Below are positions 29,110 to 41,100 of a DNA stretch of 64,000 nt, piece after piece; the stretch's first letter is position 1, and the number at the start of each line of letters is the position of its first letter. A program made the position numbers and the translations under genes. The stretch is from Candidatus Poseidoniaceae archaeon (GTDB lineage: Archaea; Thermoplasmatota; Poseidoniia; Poseidoniales; Poseidoniaceae): positions 32,001 through 96,000 of the forward strand of contig CBFIJH010000006.1 in assembly GCA_965662895.1 (NCBI GenBank), given 5' to 3'. Below the pieces are notes generated by a model that worked only from the letters and a program-made list of their open reading frames with translations, ran no database searches and was not told the origin of the DNA.

Positions 29110-29973
29110 GTGAAGACCATCAACATCAAAGGCTTGGAATTCATTCCAATCGATACGGGTAGTTCTTGGCTTGGAAGCGACAAAGGTGGCTGGATTTACG
29201 CCAGTCAACGACCTAGATATGAGGTGCGATTGCCTGCATTTTACATTCTAAAACATCCGCTTAGTCGAAGACAGGTCGCCATGTTGCTTGATGAGGATCA
29301 AAACATCGATTATCCAAATACTCCCATGACAGGATTGACAATTCCTGAAATTGAATCACTCAAAGAGAAAATCGCGATTGGACTCAACGCTCTTGAGTTG
29401 GAAGATGCATATGATGTACGCCTTCCATCCTTCCCTGAATGGAATCATGCTTTCTCGAGCATCGATCTTCAACCAGGAATTGTGGAAATTCTCAGTGATG
29501 CAGCAGCGACCAGCCATCGCGGAGGCATGATGGACGGGCGTCCACGGCCGATTGAGACCAATGGCCCACTTCAATACCATCGACTCGCAGTCGAAATGCA
29601 TCCAAGAAAGGTTGAGTCCTTTGCGACGTCCAACATTCCAGTTGACCGACCGCTACCGAACACAGTCGTTCGTTTCGTTCTTTCTCCACCACGAACCTCC
29701 CCCATTCGCCGGGTTCCTGAGAGAGCAGATCTCATTGGTAACTTGAAAACTGAGATATTTTGGACGACTGTTCTGGGAATCATCCCTTCGTTTTTGATAC
29801 CAATTCTTCGAGGTTTTGAATCGTATGCACTCGATGGTTGGGTCAACCTCCTGTTTGGGGGACTTGTCGCAGGATTTGTTACAGGAGCGATTTGGCGTCC
29901 TCGTCGGCCATCAATAGCATACGAAGAGGGCGTTCAGGAGTCCGATGGGTTGCTCGCTAACGTTTCCCAATAA
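29110..29973 (+). CDS. Degenerate FGE/SUMF1-fold protein with two C-terminal TM helices
   Basis: FIPIDTGSSWLGS...RPRYEVRLPAFYILKHPLS and RLPSFPEW match FGE-sulfatase patterns; no cysteines. Confidence 0.65.
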   Translation: MKTINIKGLEFIPIDTGSSWLGSDKGGWIYASQRPRYEVRLPAFYILKHPLSRRQVAMLLDEDQNIDYPNTPMTGLTIPEIESLKEKIAIGLNALELEDAYDVRLPSFPEWNHAFSSIDLQPGIVEILSDAAATSHRGGMMDGRPRPIETNGPLQYHRLAVEMHPRKVESFATSNIPVDRPLPNTVVRFVLSPPRTSPIRRVPERADLIGNLKTEIFWTTVLGIIPSFLIPILRGFESYALDGWVNLLFGGLVAGFVTGAIWRPRRPSIAYEEGVQESDGLLANVSQ

Positions 29974-32252
29974 GAATCCTTACGAATTGCATCAGCGACA
30001 CAAATCGATGCCATATTGACAATATGTCGAACACCATCTTGGCGTGCCACAAGTTGAACAGGGTGTTTCATACCCTCGAGAATCGGACCTGTCATCTCTG
30101 CATCTGCGAGTTGTTCCAACATCTTGTAAACGATGTTTGCAGATGCGAGGTTCGGCAAAACAAGAATGTTCGCAGCCCCAGTGAATTCCATGAATGGATA
30201 TTCCTTTTGGACGTTCGAATCAAGAGCTGTATCAGCTTGCATTGGACCATCAATGACCAATGTTGGGTCAAGGATGCGTGCAATTTCAACCGCTTCTTCA
30301 ATTCGATCGCTACGTTGTTCACGAGTACTTCCGAAATTCGAAAAGGAAAGCAATGCAACCTTCGGGTCAACACCAAACCTTCGTGCCACTTTTGCAGTCT
30401 GTACTGCGATTTCAGCCAACGTTCGGCTATCTGGATAAACGTTCACTGTCGCATCTGCCAAGAATAGAATCTTACCTTTGATGGTTACCATGTAGCAGCC
30501 GATTAGGCAATGCGCATCGTCAGCAGCGCCTATTGTTTCCAAAACTGGGCGAAGAACGTCGCTGTAATTCCTGCTCACGCCTCCCACAAAGCCGTCAGCA
30601 TCCCCTGACTCAACCATTTGACTAGCGAAATATGGCCGGCTCTTGAGCAAACGCTGAGCATCCGCTTTCGTTACACCTTTTCGTTTTCTTCGTTTGAACA
30701 ATGCATCTGCATAAACGCCTTTCCGACGATCATCGAAACGCGGATCGTAACATTCGTACTCGAAATGAAAATGCAATTCTTCCATCATACGAGCAATACG
30801 TTCCTCCGGACCCAGCAAGATTGGTTTGCAGATTTTCTGTTCAGCCAATTGAGCGGCAGCGCGAATCACTTTCTCATTGTCGCCTTCGGGGAATACGATG
30901 CGCTTGTTTCGTCGACGGACCTGGTTGATGATACTCCGCATAATCGAGTAGGTCATTCCTAGTCGGGCCTCCAAATCCTCACGGTAGGATTGCATGGAGA
31001 ATTCCTCTGGTAAGATGGATGCAACTCCCTCTTCGACTGCTGCTTGAGCGACTGCTGATGCTTCCCAAATCAGAACGCGACGGTCGAATGGTTTGGGAAT
31101 GATGTATTCTGGCCCATATTCCATCGTTGCACCATCGTACGCCTCTGAAATGTAATCAGGTACTGGTTGCTTTGCAAGTTCGGCAAGGGACCGTGTTGCA
31201 GCCATCTTCATGTTCGGTGTAATGTCTCGAGCCCGCACATCAAGGGCGCCTCGGAAGATGTATGGGAAGCCGAGGACGTTGTTGACTTGATTGGGATAAT
31301 CCGAGCGTCCAGTGGCGATAATCGCATCGTTGCGTACCTCAAGAATGTCCTCTGGCATAATTTCTGGTGTTGGGTTTGCAAGTGCGAAAACAATTGGCTT
31401 TTCTGCCATCGCTGAAACCATTTCTTGACTCACGAGTCCTCCTTTTGATAAACCAAGAAGCACATCTGCACCCTTCATGGCATCGAGAAGTTGGCCATCA
31501 TCGCAGTCAGCTGCAAACTTTGCCTTGTATTGATTCAGTTCGCCTCGGTCAAGACGTCCTTTTGTGATGATGCCTTGGGAGTCGACCATCTTGATGTTCG
31601 ATCGCTGAACACCAAGTGCAACGTAGTGTTCTGCACATGCAAACGCAGATGCACCTGCACCTACGACAACAACAGAGATGTCGTCCAGTTCCTTTTCTTG
31701 AAGTTCAACAGCATTCAACAATGCTGCACCGGAAATGATGGCAGTCCCATGCTGATCGTCATGCATGACAGGAATATCCGTTGCTTCTGCAATTCTACGC
31801 TCGATTTCAAAGCATTCTGGAGCTTTGATGTCTTCAAGGTTGATGCCTCCAAACGTCTTGGAAATGTTGACAACAGTCTGGATGAACTCCTCTGGGTCGG
31901 TCACATCGATTTCGATATCAAAGACATCGATATCTGCAAACGTTTTGAGCAACAATCCCTTTCCTTCCATGACTGGTTTGCTCGCTAGTGCTCCGATGTT
32001 ACCAAGGCCTAGAACGGCTGTACCGTTGGAAATAACAGCGACCAGATTTCCTTTAGATGTGTATCGGTACGCATCTTCTGGACGCTCAGCGATTTCAAGA
32101 CAAGGGTATGCAACTCCTGGCGAGTATGCGAGAGAAAGTTCGTGTGCTGTAGAATGTGGTTTTGTAGGTACAACCTTGATTTTTCCTTGAGGCGCTTCCT
32201 CATGGTAATCAAGGGCTTCTTTTCGAAGAAGTTGGTCTTTCTTGTCGTCCAT
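29934..32252 (-). CDS. maeB: NADP-dependent malic enzyme with phosphotransacetylase-like domain
   Basis: EALDYH, LSLAYSPGVA, SNGTAVLGLG, KPVMEGK, NLEDIKAPECF, HDDQHGTA, ATGRSDYPNQVNN, C-terminal PTA domain; true start ATG 32252. Confidence 0.97.
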   Translation of the reverse strand: MDDKKDQLLRKEALDYHEEAPQGKIKVVPTKPHSTAHELSLAYSPGVAYPCLEIAERPEDAYRYTSKGNLVAVISNGTAVLGLGNIGALASKPVMEGKGLLLKTFADIDVFDIEIDVTDPEEFIQTVVNISKTFGGINLEDIKAPECFEIERRIAEATDIPVMHDDQHGTAIISGAALLNAVELQEKELDDISVVVVGAGASAFACAEHYVALGVQRSNIKMVDSQGIITKGRLDRGELNQYKAKFAADCDDGQLLDAMKGADVLLGLSKGGLVSQEMVSAMAEKPIVFALANPTPEIMPEDILEVRNDAIIATGRSDYPNQVNNVLGFPYIFRGALDVRARDITPNMKMAATRSLAELAKQPVPDYISEAYDGATMEYGPEYIIPKPFDRRVLIWEASAVAQAAVEEGVASILPEEFSMQSYREDLEARLGMTYSIMRSIINQVRRRNKRIVFPEGDNEKVIRAAAQLAEQKICKPILLGPEERIARMMEELHFHFEYECYDPRFDDRRKGVYADALFKRRKRKGVTKADAQRLLKSRPYFASQMVESGDADGFVGGVSRNYSDVLRPVLETIGAADDAHCLIGCYMVTIKGKILFLADATVNVYPDSRTLAEIAVQTAKVARRFGVDPKVALLSFSNFGSTREQRSDRIEEAVEIARILDPTLVIDGPMQADTALDSNVQKEYPFMEFTGAANILVLPNLASANIVYKMLEQLADAEMTGPILEGMKHPVQLVARQDGVRHIVNMASICVADAIRKDSYWETLASNPSDS

Positions 32253-32354
32253 TTCGTTCCCCTGAGTTCGCCTTGGACGCATCAATGGTTTGAGTCTTCG
32301 CTCTTTATTAGCGTCATTTGAGGGGTTCCTAATGTTGATTAAAGCCACCGTTGA

Positions 32355-32371
32355 CAATAGAAGAACTATTG
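32355..32371. promoter_or_regulatory. Inverted repeat upstream of the esterase gene
   Basis: CAATAG-aagaa-CTATTG. Confidence 0.3.
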
Positions 32372-32406
32372 AAGGTGCCGAATAGTGTTTGTCTAGAGGA
32401 GAACAC

Positions 32407-33393
32407 ATGCGGTCTCGTATTCTTGCTGCGTTGTGCCCACTTTTGTTGCTGTTAACCTCAATGAGCGGTTGCCTTTCCGAATCGGTGGAAGTTGCACAGG
32501 AATCAGATGGTGAGGTGTTCGCCACCGAACCCGTGGATGTGCGAGAGTGCTTCGAATATGATGACAAAGAACGATGCTGGTTCGTCCATGTTCCTGCAAA
32601 CACCTCGCTTGAATTTTGTCAAGAACATTCTTGCCCCCTGCTCATCGATATCCACGGCCGGCACGTGACCGCCGAACTGCAGAACAATCTCTCCGATTTC
32701 GCCCGCGTCACCGATGAGGACCACACGATTCTCTTGCACCCAGAGGGTATCGGCCTAGGATGGAATTTTGGCTGGTGCTGTGGTGAGGAAGACGACGTCG
32801 GCTTCCTGCTTGCGTTAATCGATCACATGATCGAAAACAGATCAGCTGATGCGAGTCGCGTGTACTTGAGCGGATGGAGCAACGGCTGTTTTATGAGCCA
32901 AGAAATGGCAATGGTGGCCAGCCACAAAATCACCGCTATCGCTTGCATGGCCGGATATACCGAAGAGCCGAAATCGGCCGATTACTCACCCATTCCCGTC
33001 ATGGAATTCCACGGGTTTTTGGATCCAGGCGTCCTCTACGGCCATTCTTCGACCGCGTCTTTTCAAGTCGCGGGCACACTGGAAGGGGACGAGGGCGCCA
33101 TCCAGAACCTCTACTATTGGGCAGACGCTAACGGGTGCTCTGGGCTGGTACCCGACTTTGAGACGGTCGAATCAGACCACTCGATCAAGAAATTCACGGA
33201 GTGCGAAAACGGTTCACAAGCCGCGTTGTACACCTTGAATCTCGCTCAGCACAACCCTTACCTCAACGACTACGAAGGTGCCGACGGCCCCTTCAATGAG
33301 GCGACTTTGAAAGGCAACCCAACGGGCTTGGACATCACGGCCATCGCGTGGGAGTTCCTGCGCGAGTTCGACAAAGATGAACCGATGGCTTGA
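32407..33393 (+). CDS. Secreted/lipoprotein alpha/beta-hydrolase, PHB-depolymerase/LpqC-like esterase
   Basis: SGCL lipobox-like signal, LLIDIHG, HPEG..WN.G.CC, DDVGF, RVYLSGWSNG nucleophile, FHG..D, H; GAGGAG SD. Confidence 0.85.
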   Translation: MRSRILAALCPLLLLLTSMSGCLSESVEVAQESDGEVFATEPVDVRECFEYDDKERCWFVHVPANTSLEFCQEHSCPLLIDIHGRHVTAELQNNLSDFARVTDEDHTILLHPEGIGLGWNFGWCCGEEDDVGFLLALIDHMIENRSADASRVYLSGWSNGCFMSQEMAMVASHKITAIACMAGYTEEPKSADYSPIPVMEFHGFLDPGVLYGHSSTASFQVAGTLEGDEGAIQNLYYWADANGCSGLVPDFETVESDHSIKKFTECENGSQAALYTLNLAQHNPYLNDYEGADGPFNEATLKGNPTGLDITAIAWEFLREFDKDEPMA

Positions 33394-33579
33394 TGCTGTA
33401 TCTACGCCGGCGTTTGTCACCAAAACACAGAATATTTCTTACGTCGTTCTACACCTAAAGAAACTCAAATTCGCTTGCGATTGGCTTCTTTTGAAAGGTT
33501 CTGAATGGTGGTCGATACAACCGTATTCTATGGAAGGACTATGGAGGATGTTGATATCTGAGCCATCAGGGGCAAATGT

Positions 33580-35049
33580 ATGCGTTCACGAATTATTGCA
33601 ACCATCGGGCCAGCAAGCGACAATGCAGAAACGCTTGCAGAAATGATTGAATCTGGCATGAATATCGCTCGACTCAACTATTCACACGGTGATTTCGATG
33701 GTAAAGAACAGACCATACAAAGCATCAGAGAAGCGGAAAAAAAGACTGGAGTACACATTGGTTTGCTCGCTGATTTGCCTGGGCCGAAATTACGACTTGG
33801 GAGATTTGAAGGTGAAGTTGAGCTCTTGCGGGGTGAACTTGTCGATCTTCACTGCGGTTTCGGGGAAGGTCTGCCTCCTCAAAGTACGACCATTCTCGGC
33901 GAAATGGTCAAGGCATTACCGGTCGAATGGAGCGGTTTGTCCAAGGATTTGCAGAAAAGCGATCCTGTTCTCCTTTCTGACGGCTTGATTCGTCTTGAAG
34001 TCTTATCTGCACCCGATTTTGACGGGGAAATCGTTCGATGCCGTGTTGAAGATGGAGGGATTTTGACCCAAAGAAAAGGAATCAATGTTCCAAGAACGTT
34101 GGTCAAACTTCCAGCTGTTGGCCCTCATGATTTGAACTGCCTTGACCACGCTCTTTCTCAAAATGTGGATTTTGTAGCGGTCTCATACGTTCGTAGTGCT
34201 GATGATTTGCAGCCTGCTAGGGAGCGTATTGAAGCCGCTGGTGTGCATACTTGGATCGTTGCAAAAATTGAACATCCTGCAGCTTTGGACGATCTGAATG
34301 CAATTGTCGAAACCGCAGATGTTGTCATGGTCGCACGTGGAGACTTGGGCGTTGAAATCCCTCTTGAGGAAGTGCCTGCTGCACAGGAACGCATTGTCTC
34401 CGCTTGCCTTGAACGTGGTACGCCGGTCGTGGTTGCAACGCAGATGTTGGAAAGCATGGTCAATCATGCACGACCAACGAGAGCCGAAGTCACTGATGTA
34501 GCAACTGCCATACGTCAACATGCGAGTGCTGTGATGTTGTCCGGAGAGACTGCAAACGGTCAACACCCAGTAAAAGCAGTTGAAACGATGGCACGAATTG
34601 CGGAAACGGTTGAACAATCGACTCAAGGACTGCCCGATCCACCTGCACTCGCCGCATATGTCTCAACGCGCGTCATTGCTGGTGCTGCAATCGATATTGC
34701 ACGAGAAACCAATGCAAAGCATCTCATCGTTGGTACAGAACACGGAAATGCTGCGAGATTAATGGCTGCACACCGCCCAAGAATTCCAATATATGCTATG
34801 ACAAATCGTATACGAGCGGCTCGAAGGACCACAATTTTGCCCGGTGTTGAAAGCCTCATTGTTGAAGAGAAATCGCGTGCACGTTCAACCGTTGCAGAAG
34901 CTGTCAAACAACTCTATGATAAAAAGAAAATTCGACCAAACGACACGATTGTTGCCATTTCAGGTTCGCCACTTGCGATTTCAGGAAGAACCTCAACAAT
35001 TCGACTGTTGTTTGTTAACGAAAAAGGCGAATTGACAGACTTGGAATGA
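33580..35049 (+). CDS. pyk: Pyruvate kinase
   Basis: IIATIGPAS, ARLNYSHG, DLPGPKLR, KGINVP, AKIE, MVARGDLGVE, ATQMLESM, MLSGETA. Confidence 0.98.
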   Translation: MRSRIIATIGPASDNAETLAEMIESGMNIARLNYSHGDFDGKEQTIQSIREAEKKTGVHIGLLADLPGPKLRLGRFEGEVELLRGELVDLHCGFGEGLPPQSTTILGEMVKALPVEWSGLSKDLQKSDPVLLSDGLIRLEVLSAPDFDGEIVRCRVEDGGILTQRKGINVPRTLVKLPAVGPHDLNCLDHALSQNVDFVAVSYVRSADDLQPARERIEAAGVHTWIVAKIEHPAALDDLNAIVETADVVMVARGDLGVEIPLEEVPAAQERIVSACLERGTPVVVATQMLESMVNHARPTRAEVTDVATAIRQHASAVMLSGETANGQHPVKAVETMARIAETVEQSTQGLPDPPALAAYVSTRVIAGAAIDIARETNAKHLIVGTEHGNAARLMAAHRPRIPIYAMTNRIRAARRTTILPGVESLIVEEKSRARSTVAEAVKQLYDKKKIRPNDTIVAISGSPLAISGRTSTIRLLFVNEKGELTDLE

Positions 35050-35107
35050 AGTCTTGTTCTACCAACGACACAGGGCCTTTATGTAGTGAAGTGGTTGCAT
35101 TGACTTC

Positions 35108-38100
35108 ATGAGCAAGTGGCGGGGGGACAACCAAAGGCCCCGAAAGGCCCTTTTCTTGACCGCACTTATGCTTCTAGCATCATGGTCTGTTGCTCTGGCC
35201 GGAGTCCCGCTAGCATCAGCACACGAAGCAGAGGATGTCATTTCATGGCCCCTCTCGGGAAGCAACGATACAGGTTGGGTTCAACTTGATGCAGTCGTTG
35301 GCTCGGACCCTATTTTGTCCAGCCAAGCAACCGCTGATTGGATTCTCGAATTCGCGCCCGGTGCAGAAATTTCCAACGTTTCTCTTCAAATCCACGTAAA
35401 CGGATCGGATGGCCTGATGATTGATGAACCACTCATGGTTGCAAACGACATTGGGATCAATCTCTTCGACTGGAGTGGTCTCGGAACCTTAGGAGCGTCG
35501 GACTCTTTCGATGGTGCGAATCCATACGCAGATCGGTTATCACCCAACAGCGCTTCGGGCGCGGGCTGGACCCTGCCTTCAAACGCCGTTATTACAGAAC
35601 TTGCCTTTGAAGCACTTGCTCCGCTCGATCCAATCACTTCGTTTACACCCGTCACGATCCCGCTCTATGGTGCAGTACAACACCCTATGGATGGCCAACT
35701 CTATCTTCAAAGCAGCACATCAATCCTTGTTCTTGATGCAAACAACGATCCGGCGTTCATCGACGCCTACGATTTTAATGACCTGAATTCCGAAATTGTT
35801 GGGATGGGCATCGGGCCCAACAACAACCTCCACGTTGCATTTTCAAATGGGATGTTCAAACTGATTTCCTACGATGATGGCACCGTTAGTGACGGTCTGC
35901 CGGACGCTGGATTTGAAATCGCTCTCTTTGAGGTTCTATCGTCTGGCATCTACACGATGACAAGTGGCGGTACGCTTCTCAAACTCGATGCTTCCAACAC
36001 ATGGAGCCAGGTTGTATCTGCCTCATCGAACAATTGGCCTACATCCACTGAAGTCAATGACCTCCACGAGCAAAATGGGATACTCTATGCCGCTACAAAC
36101 AGTGGAGTGGGGCGTTATGACTTGAATGCAAATCAACCACTTTCGGTCTGGGATTCTGCGAACGTTCTGCACAGCAACAACGTCACAATGATGGAGACTG
36201 CGGGCAACCAGGTGCTCTTTGCCTCTGGTGACAATGGACTTGCAAGGTACAATTGGAACTCAGGTTTTTGGCTCGCAACTTGGAACGATGCAAACTGGTT
36301 GCCTTCCAATGATGTCTCAGGAATTAAAGCATTCCAAGATACGCTCCACATTATGACTGGTGAGCAACTCTTGAGGTACAATTTGACCACTGGAGTATTC
36401 GGATCCTCAATTCCTCTCAACGACATTGCACTTGTTGAATCCGATGAAAACGCCTTATTCGCTTGGTCTCCAAACGGAGAACGTGCCCCCTCAACAATGA
36501 TGCATGTCGCAACGGATGGAGGGCGAATTGTTCTCGTTGAAGCCTCCATGCAGAGTACTGTTGGGCGTGAAATTGTTCTTGCAAGCGGCCCATCGACTCC
36601 ACAACTCTCCGATGCACTCGAACACAACGGAATCCTCTACGCCGCTGGTTATTCTTCTGAGACCATCGATCGGTTTGATGTTGCATCTTCAGTTTGGCTT
36701 ACTCCAATCAACATCGGCAACCCTGTGACATCCCTTGCCGTGACAGGAGACACCATCATCGCTGGAACCCTTGAAGATGGATTGTTCCTTATCGAGAACG
36801 GTTCCATCCGAACCAATATCGCAGCTGGTTCGAACCCGGACGCCAACTCAGAATACATCACGGATATCGCAGCCGTTGGAGATTGTACATCGACCATAGG
36901 TTGCCAGATTCTCTTTGTTCAAGAATACGCTGCATTCCGAGCAGATGTTGATTCAACCGCAGTTGGTTCTGCTACACTCCTTACATCAGATTATTTCCTG
37001 ACGGGACAAGTTGCAGCATATGCTGGCGTGGGTTATTGGGCTTCAGACGAAGGTTTACTTCGCTATGATATTGTGAACGAAACCTTCCTTGCAGCATGGG
37101 GTTCGACCGGAGTTAATCGAGTAGATAATGCCCCTGTAGCGGTTGTGGGAGATGTTCTCCACATGGGACTTGCGGGCTATGGTGTTGCCCGAAAGGACCT
37201 CAGCACCGGGGAAATTCTCCCGCCTTTGACCGCAAGCAACCGTGGTGGTCTACTTCCTTCCGACCAAATTTACGCCCTCGATACCGATGGGTCCAACCTC
37301 TACATTGGAACCCAACAAGGTGCTCGCAAATGGGACGGAAACCAAATGACAAGTTTCGGCCAAGGTTCATCCTGGCAAACACGCCCTTCGCAATTCTTCG
37401 ACTTTGCAATCGAGTCCAGTAGTACCGGAGGAAGTCTCTATGCTGGGACCAACATCGGAGTTTGCAAGTACAGCATCGCAACCATGAGCATCGACGATTG
37501 TCAGAACGTCTACGACGGTATGCCGAACTGGGCAACTTACGTTGTTGGCGTCAACAGTACGACGGTTTTCGGAGGAACGTTCAGCGGCGTAGGACTCATT
37601 GACAAGAGTAGTTTCTCCGTCGATGACACATGGGAAGCAACTGCATCTACCTCGAATGCTCTTGTTGAAATCATCGATGATATTGCCTACATTGGGCTCA
37701 CCGGCATCGGTGTTGCGCGATGGGACATCAACAACAACGAATGGCTCACAACGTGGACCGAAGACAACGCTCTTGACAACGGAAATGAAGAGGTGACAAG
37801 TCTTCTCGCAGACATCCAGCCAGGGTACATTTGGATTGGTGGACGTGATGGTTTCCAACTCCTGGGAACAGCCAACGGGACAGAATTCTATGACATTGAA
37901 AAATCAAACTCGCTCTACAGTGGCAATGGTAATCCGTTCGATTTGACGATGTATGGAAATACGATGTACTATCACCAAGGCACCTCAAGCGACAGCATCT
38001 ACGGCATTGATATTGCAAATTTCACCTCAATTACACCGCTCGATGCTGGTCAACGCATAGGAGAGAATGGAGGTGACATTTCTGGCCTCGAAATCGTTGG

Positions 38101-41100
38101 TGACACCTTACTTGCAAGTGTTGTTTCAGGTCAATGGTGGAATCAAGATGGAAGCGGCGGAATCGTACAATACGATCTATCATCCAACGCATGGAATGCA
38201 TCCGTTTTACCTTCTGGACAGGTCAATCGAGTCACAGCGTTTGAATCATCAAGCGGGCATACATGGGTTTCTTGGGGCGACCTTGGTGTCGAAGTTTACA
38301 GTCCAACGGGGACCAAGCTTGGGTTTTGGGACAACCTTGAATTCCCAATTCGAGAAATCATTGAATACGATGGATTGATTCTTTTTGCCACAGAAGATGG
38401 TATTGAACGATTCAACGAAACCTCATTCGCATGGGAGTCGACATGGACGCCAGGAAATGGAATACCGAACAACATGGGCGATTGGATTGGCGAGTTGTGG
38501 ACAGATGGAAGCCATCTTGTCGTTGGATCTGCAACCTTTGCAGGATGGGGCGGATTCCAGCGCGGAATTGTGGGCCACCTCGATGGAACAACAGGAACAT
38601 GGTCAACGTTTAACACCGGACAGAATGGTATACCAAACGGATATCCATTGTCAATGAGCGAGTGCGGCTCTTATCTCTACATCGGTTTGTACAACAATAA
38701 CGGGGGAGTGGCGTATATGGATTTGAACAGTTCCTCTGTCGTAGGGTCATTCACCACCTCGGTGCTTCAAGATGGTCGGGTCTCTGCCGTGTCGTGTGAT
38801 ACCTCGGACGTCTTGTATGTTGCATACAACTTAGCAAATCAAGGTATTTCGAAATACGATACCTCTGCAAGCAGGTGGATTGCAAGAATTACGACAGGAA
38901 CAAACAACCTACCCGGAGACCCAGTATGGTTCGATGCGATGGATTATTCCAACGGAAAGCTCATGATCGGCTATGATGATGCAGGAGGATTTGCAATTAT
39001 CTCAACGCTAGGGGCAGTGTCAGGACAAGCAAGCCTCCAACGTGTTGGAACTCCCGTAACGTCGGTTAAACACACTGGAACAGAGTGGTTGATCGGTCAA
39101 GCTGGTGAAGCAAGCGGCTACTCACGCGTTGAGAAATTGGGTGGTTCCGGCTTGTACACGGCATTTGAATTGCCTGCACTGGTCAGTGGAAGCATTCCCT
39201 CTATGGCGAGTAATGGGGACAAAATTTGGATTGCAACCGAATCCTCAACTGGAGGAAACGGCGGTGGACCAGCGGCCGCAGGAATCCTGCAAGGCACCTT
39301 CAATTCAACCGGAGGTATCGAATGGGAGGAAGGCTGGGCATTCCCGTTTTCTACCTCCATCAGCGACATGAGATTAGAAGGAACAACCTTGTACGTCTCA
39401 ACCTCGGGAACAGGACTGTACACATTGGACACATTGACAGGCATCTTACAACGACAAACAGGATCGATTCACAACAATCTTGGTGGATTGGGTGTGCACA
39501 CTACGAACGGTGTCTCGACCATGTACGTTGGTTTACTCGGTACATTCTCGACATCTGCTGGAGTCCAATCCTATGATTTGACGGCCCAGCAATTTGGAAA
39601 CGGTCAACTCCTCTCCGGATTGCCGTCGGATAATATCCAAGGATTTGCATTTTCCGCAGATCACGTATACGTTGCAACTCAAAATGGAATTGGTCGATGG
39701 AATGTATCTGCTGACGATTGGGACAATCCACTTACAACCGCAGACGGCTTGCCTTCTTCGAATATTGAAGATGTGAAATTCATCTCCAACTCACTGTACA
39801 TTGCCTCAGCAAGTGGCCTATCTCAATACATCCCAACTACAGGTGCGATTAGTACCAACACAACCGCAGATGGTTTGCTTGGAAATTCTGTATGGTCGAT
39901 TGAAACCTATTCTCCTCCTTCGATAAATCAAGCCGTTCAACTTGTTCTCGGTCATGACGGAGTAGGTGCTGAACGGCCAGGGGTATCGATGGTCGATGCT
40001 TCCTCAAACGCTGTTGTTTCAACCCATCGATTCGACCAACTTCCTTCAAACTACATCACTGCGATAGCATCCGATTATGCCGGCTTACACATTGCCACCG
40101 ATGTTGGCCCTATGGTCCATTATGATGGTTTAACGCAAGAATTTGAAGACGGATTGGCAAGTTTCCAACTTCCATCTTGGCCTGTCTTTCGAATGGACAG
40201 TGATGGAACACATCTCATGCTCATGGGGCTCAATGCCCTTGCAATTGTCGAAGCACACACAACATCGCATGCAATTGTCAAGTCAACAGCCGTTCAGAGC
40301 CCAACAAACGTCGCTGTCGGCACCAGCGGGTTTTGGTTAACGACAAGTGACGCTGGACTTCGAGGGTGGACACCTGCTACTGCCTTTGATGAAATGGAAA
40401 GCCAAACTTCTCGATCGGCTAATCCACTAAACATCGGCTTCAACTCTGAATTCATGGAAATCTCCAACATGACGCACTCTGGCTACCAAATTGATCTCGT
40501 TACGCCAGACAATCCAGTTGAACTTAACGCATCCATTGGACAGGCTGGTGTTCATGGCTTGCTGTTCCAGACTGTTCCACTCATTATGACTTCACCAGTT
40601 TCAAATGCTGCAGTATGGGCAAAGTCTTCCAAACTGAGATACGATGCAATCCTCGAATTGGACAACTCAACAGGCGTAGAGGATGGTCTACAGTTGGCGA
40701 TCAACAACGGACAATTGATCAACGGAACGAGGTTTGTTCCCATCAAACTCATCTCACCTTCAAACGGTTCAATTGAAGTGCGATTAACATACGACTGGGT
40801 TCGATTGGATACGCCCGTTGAAATTTCAGATATGTACGACCGCCCTGATGATGGAGGCGGTGCACTTACGGTTGAGTGGACCTTAGTTCATGACCCTGAT
40901 TTCAGCCGATATCTCGTCTATGTAAGCGATGAACCGTGGACTGCACTCCCAACTGATATTGATCTTGTAAGTCGAATCATCGATAAATCTGAATCCATAC
41001 ACAGTCGTCTGAAAGCAGATGTCACGACAGCAAATGGCGTACCACTTTCAGATGGAGTGGAATACTATGCCCTTGTTGTCGTGGAATACAACAATGGGAG

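Noticed and set aside
32253-32603. 117-codon N-terminal extension of the maeB ORF in the track (889 aa)
   Set aside because: Runs antisense over the esterase gene and has no malic-enzyme similarity; homology begins at MDDKK (ATG 32252).
37150-37900. Seemingly more GC-rich patch inside the giant gene (possible recombined segment)
   Set aside because: Impression only; cannot be separated from amino-acid composition without computing GC3.
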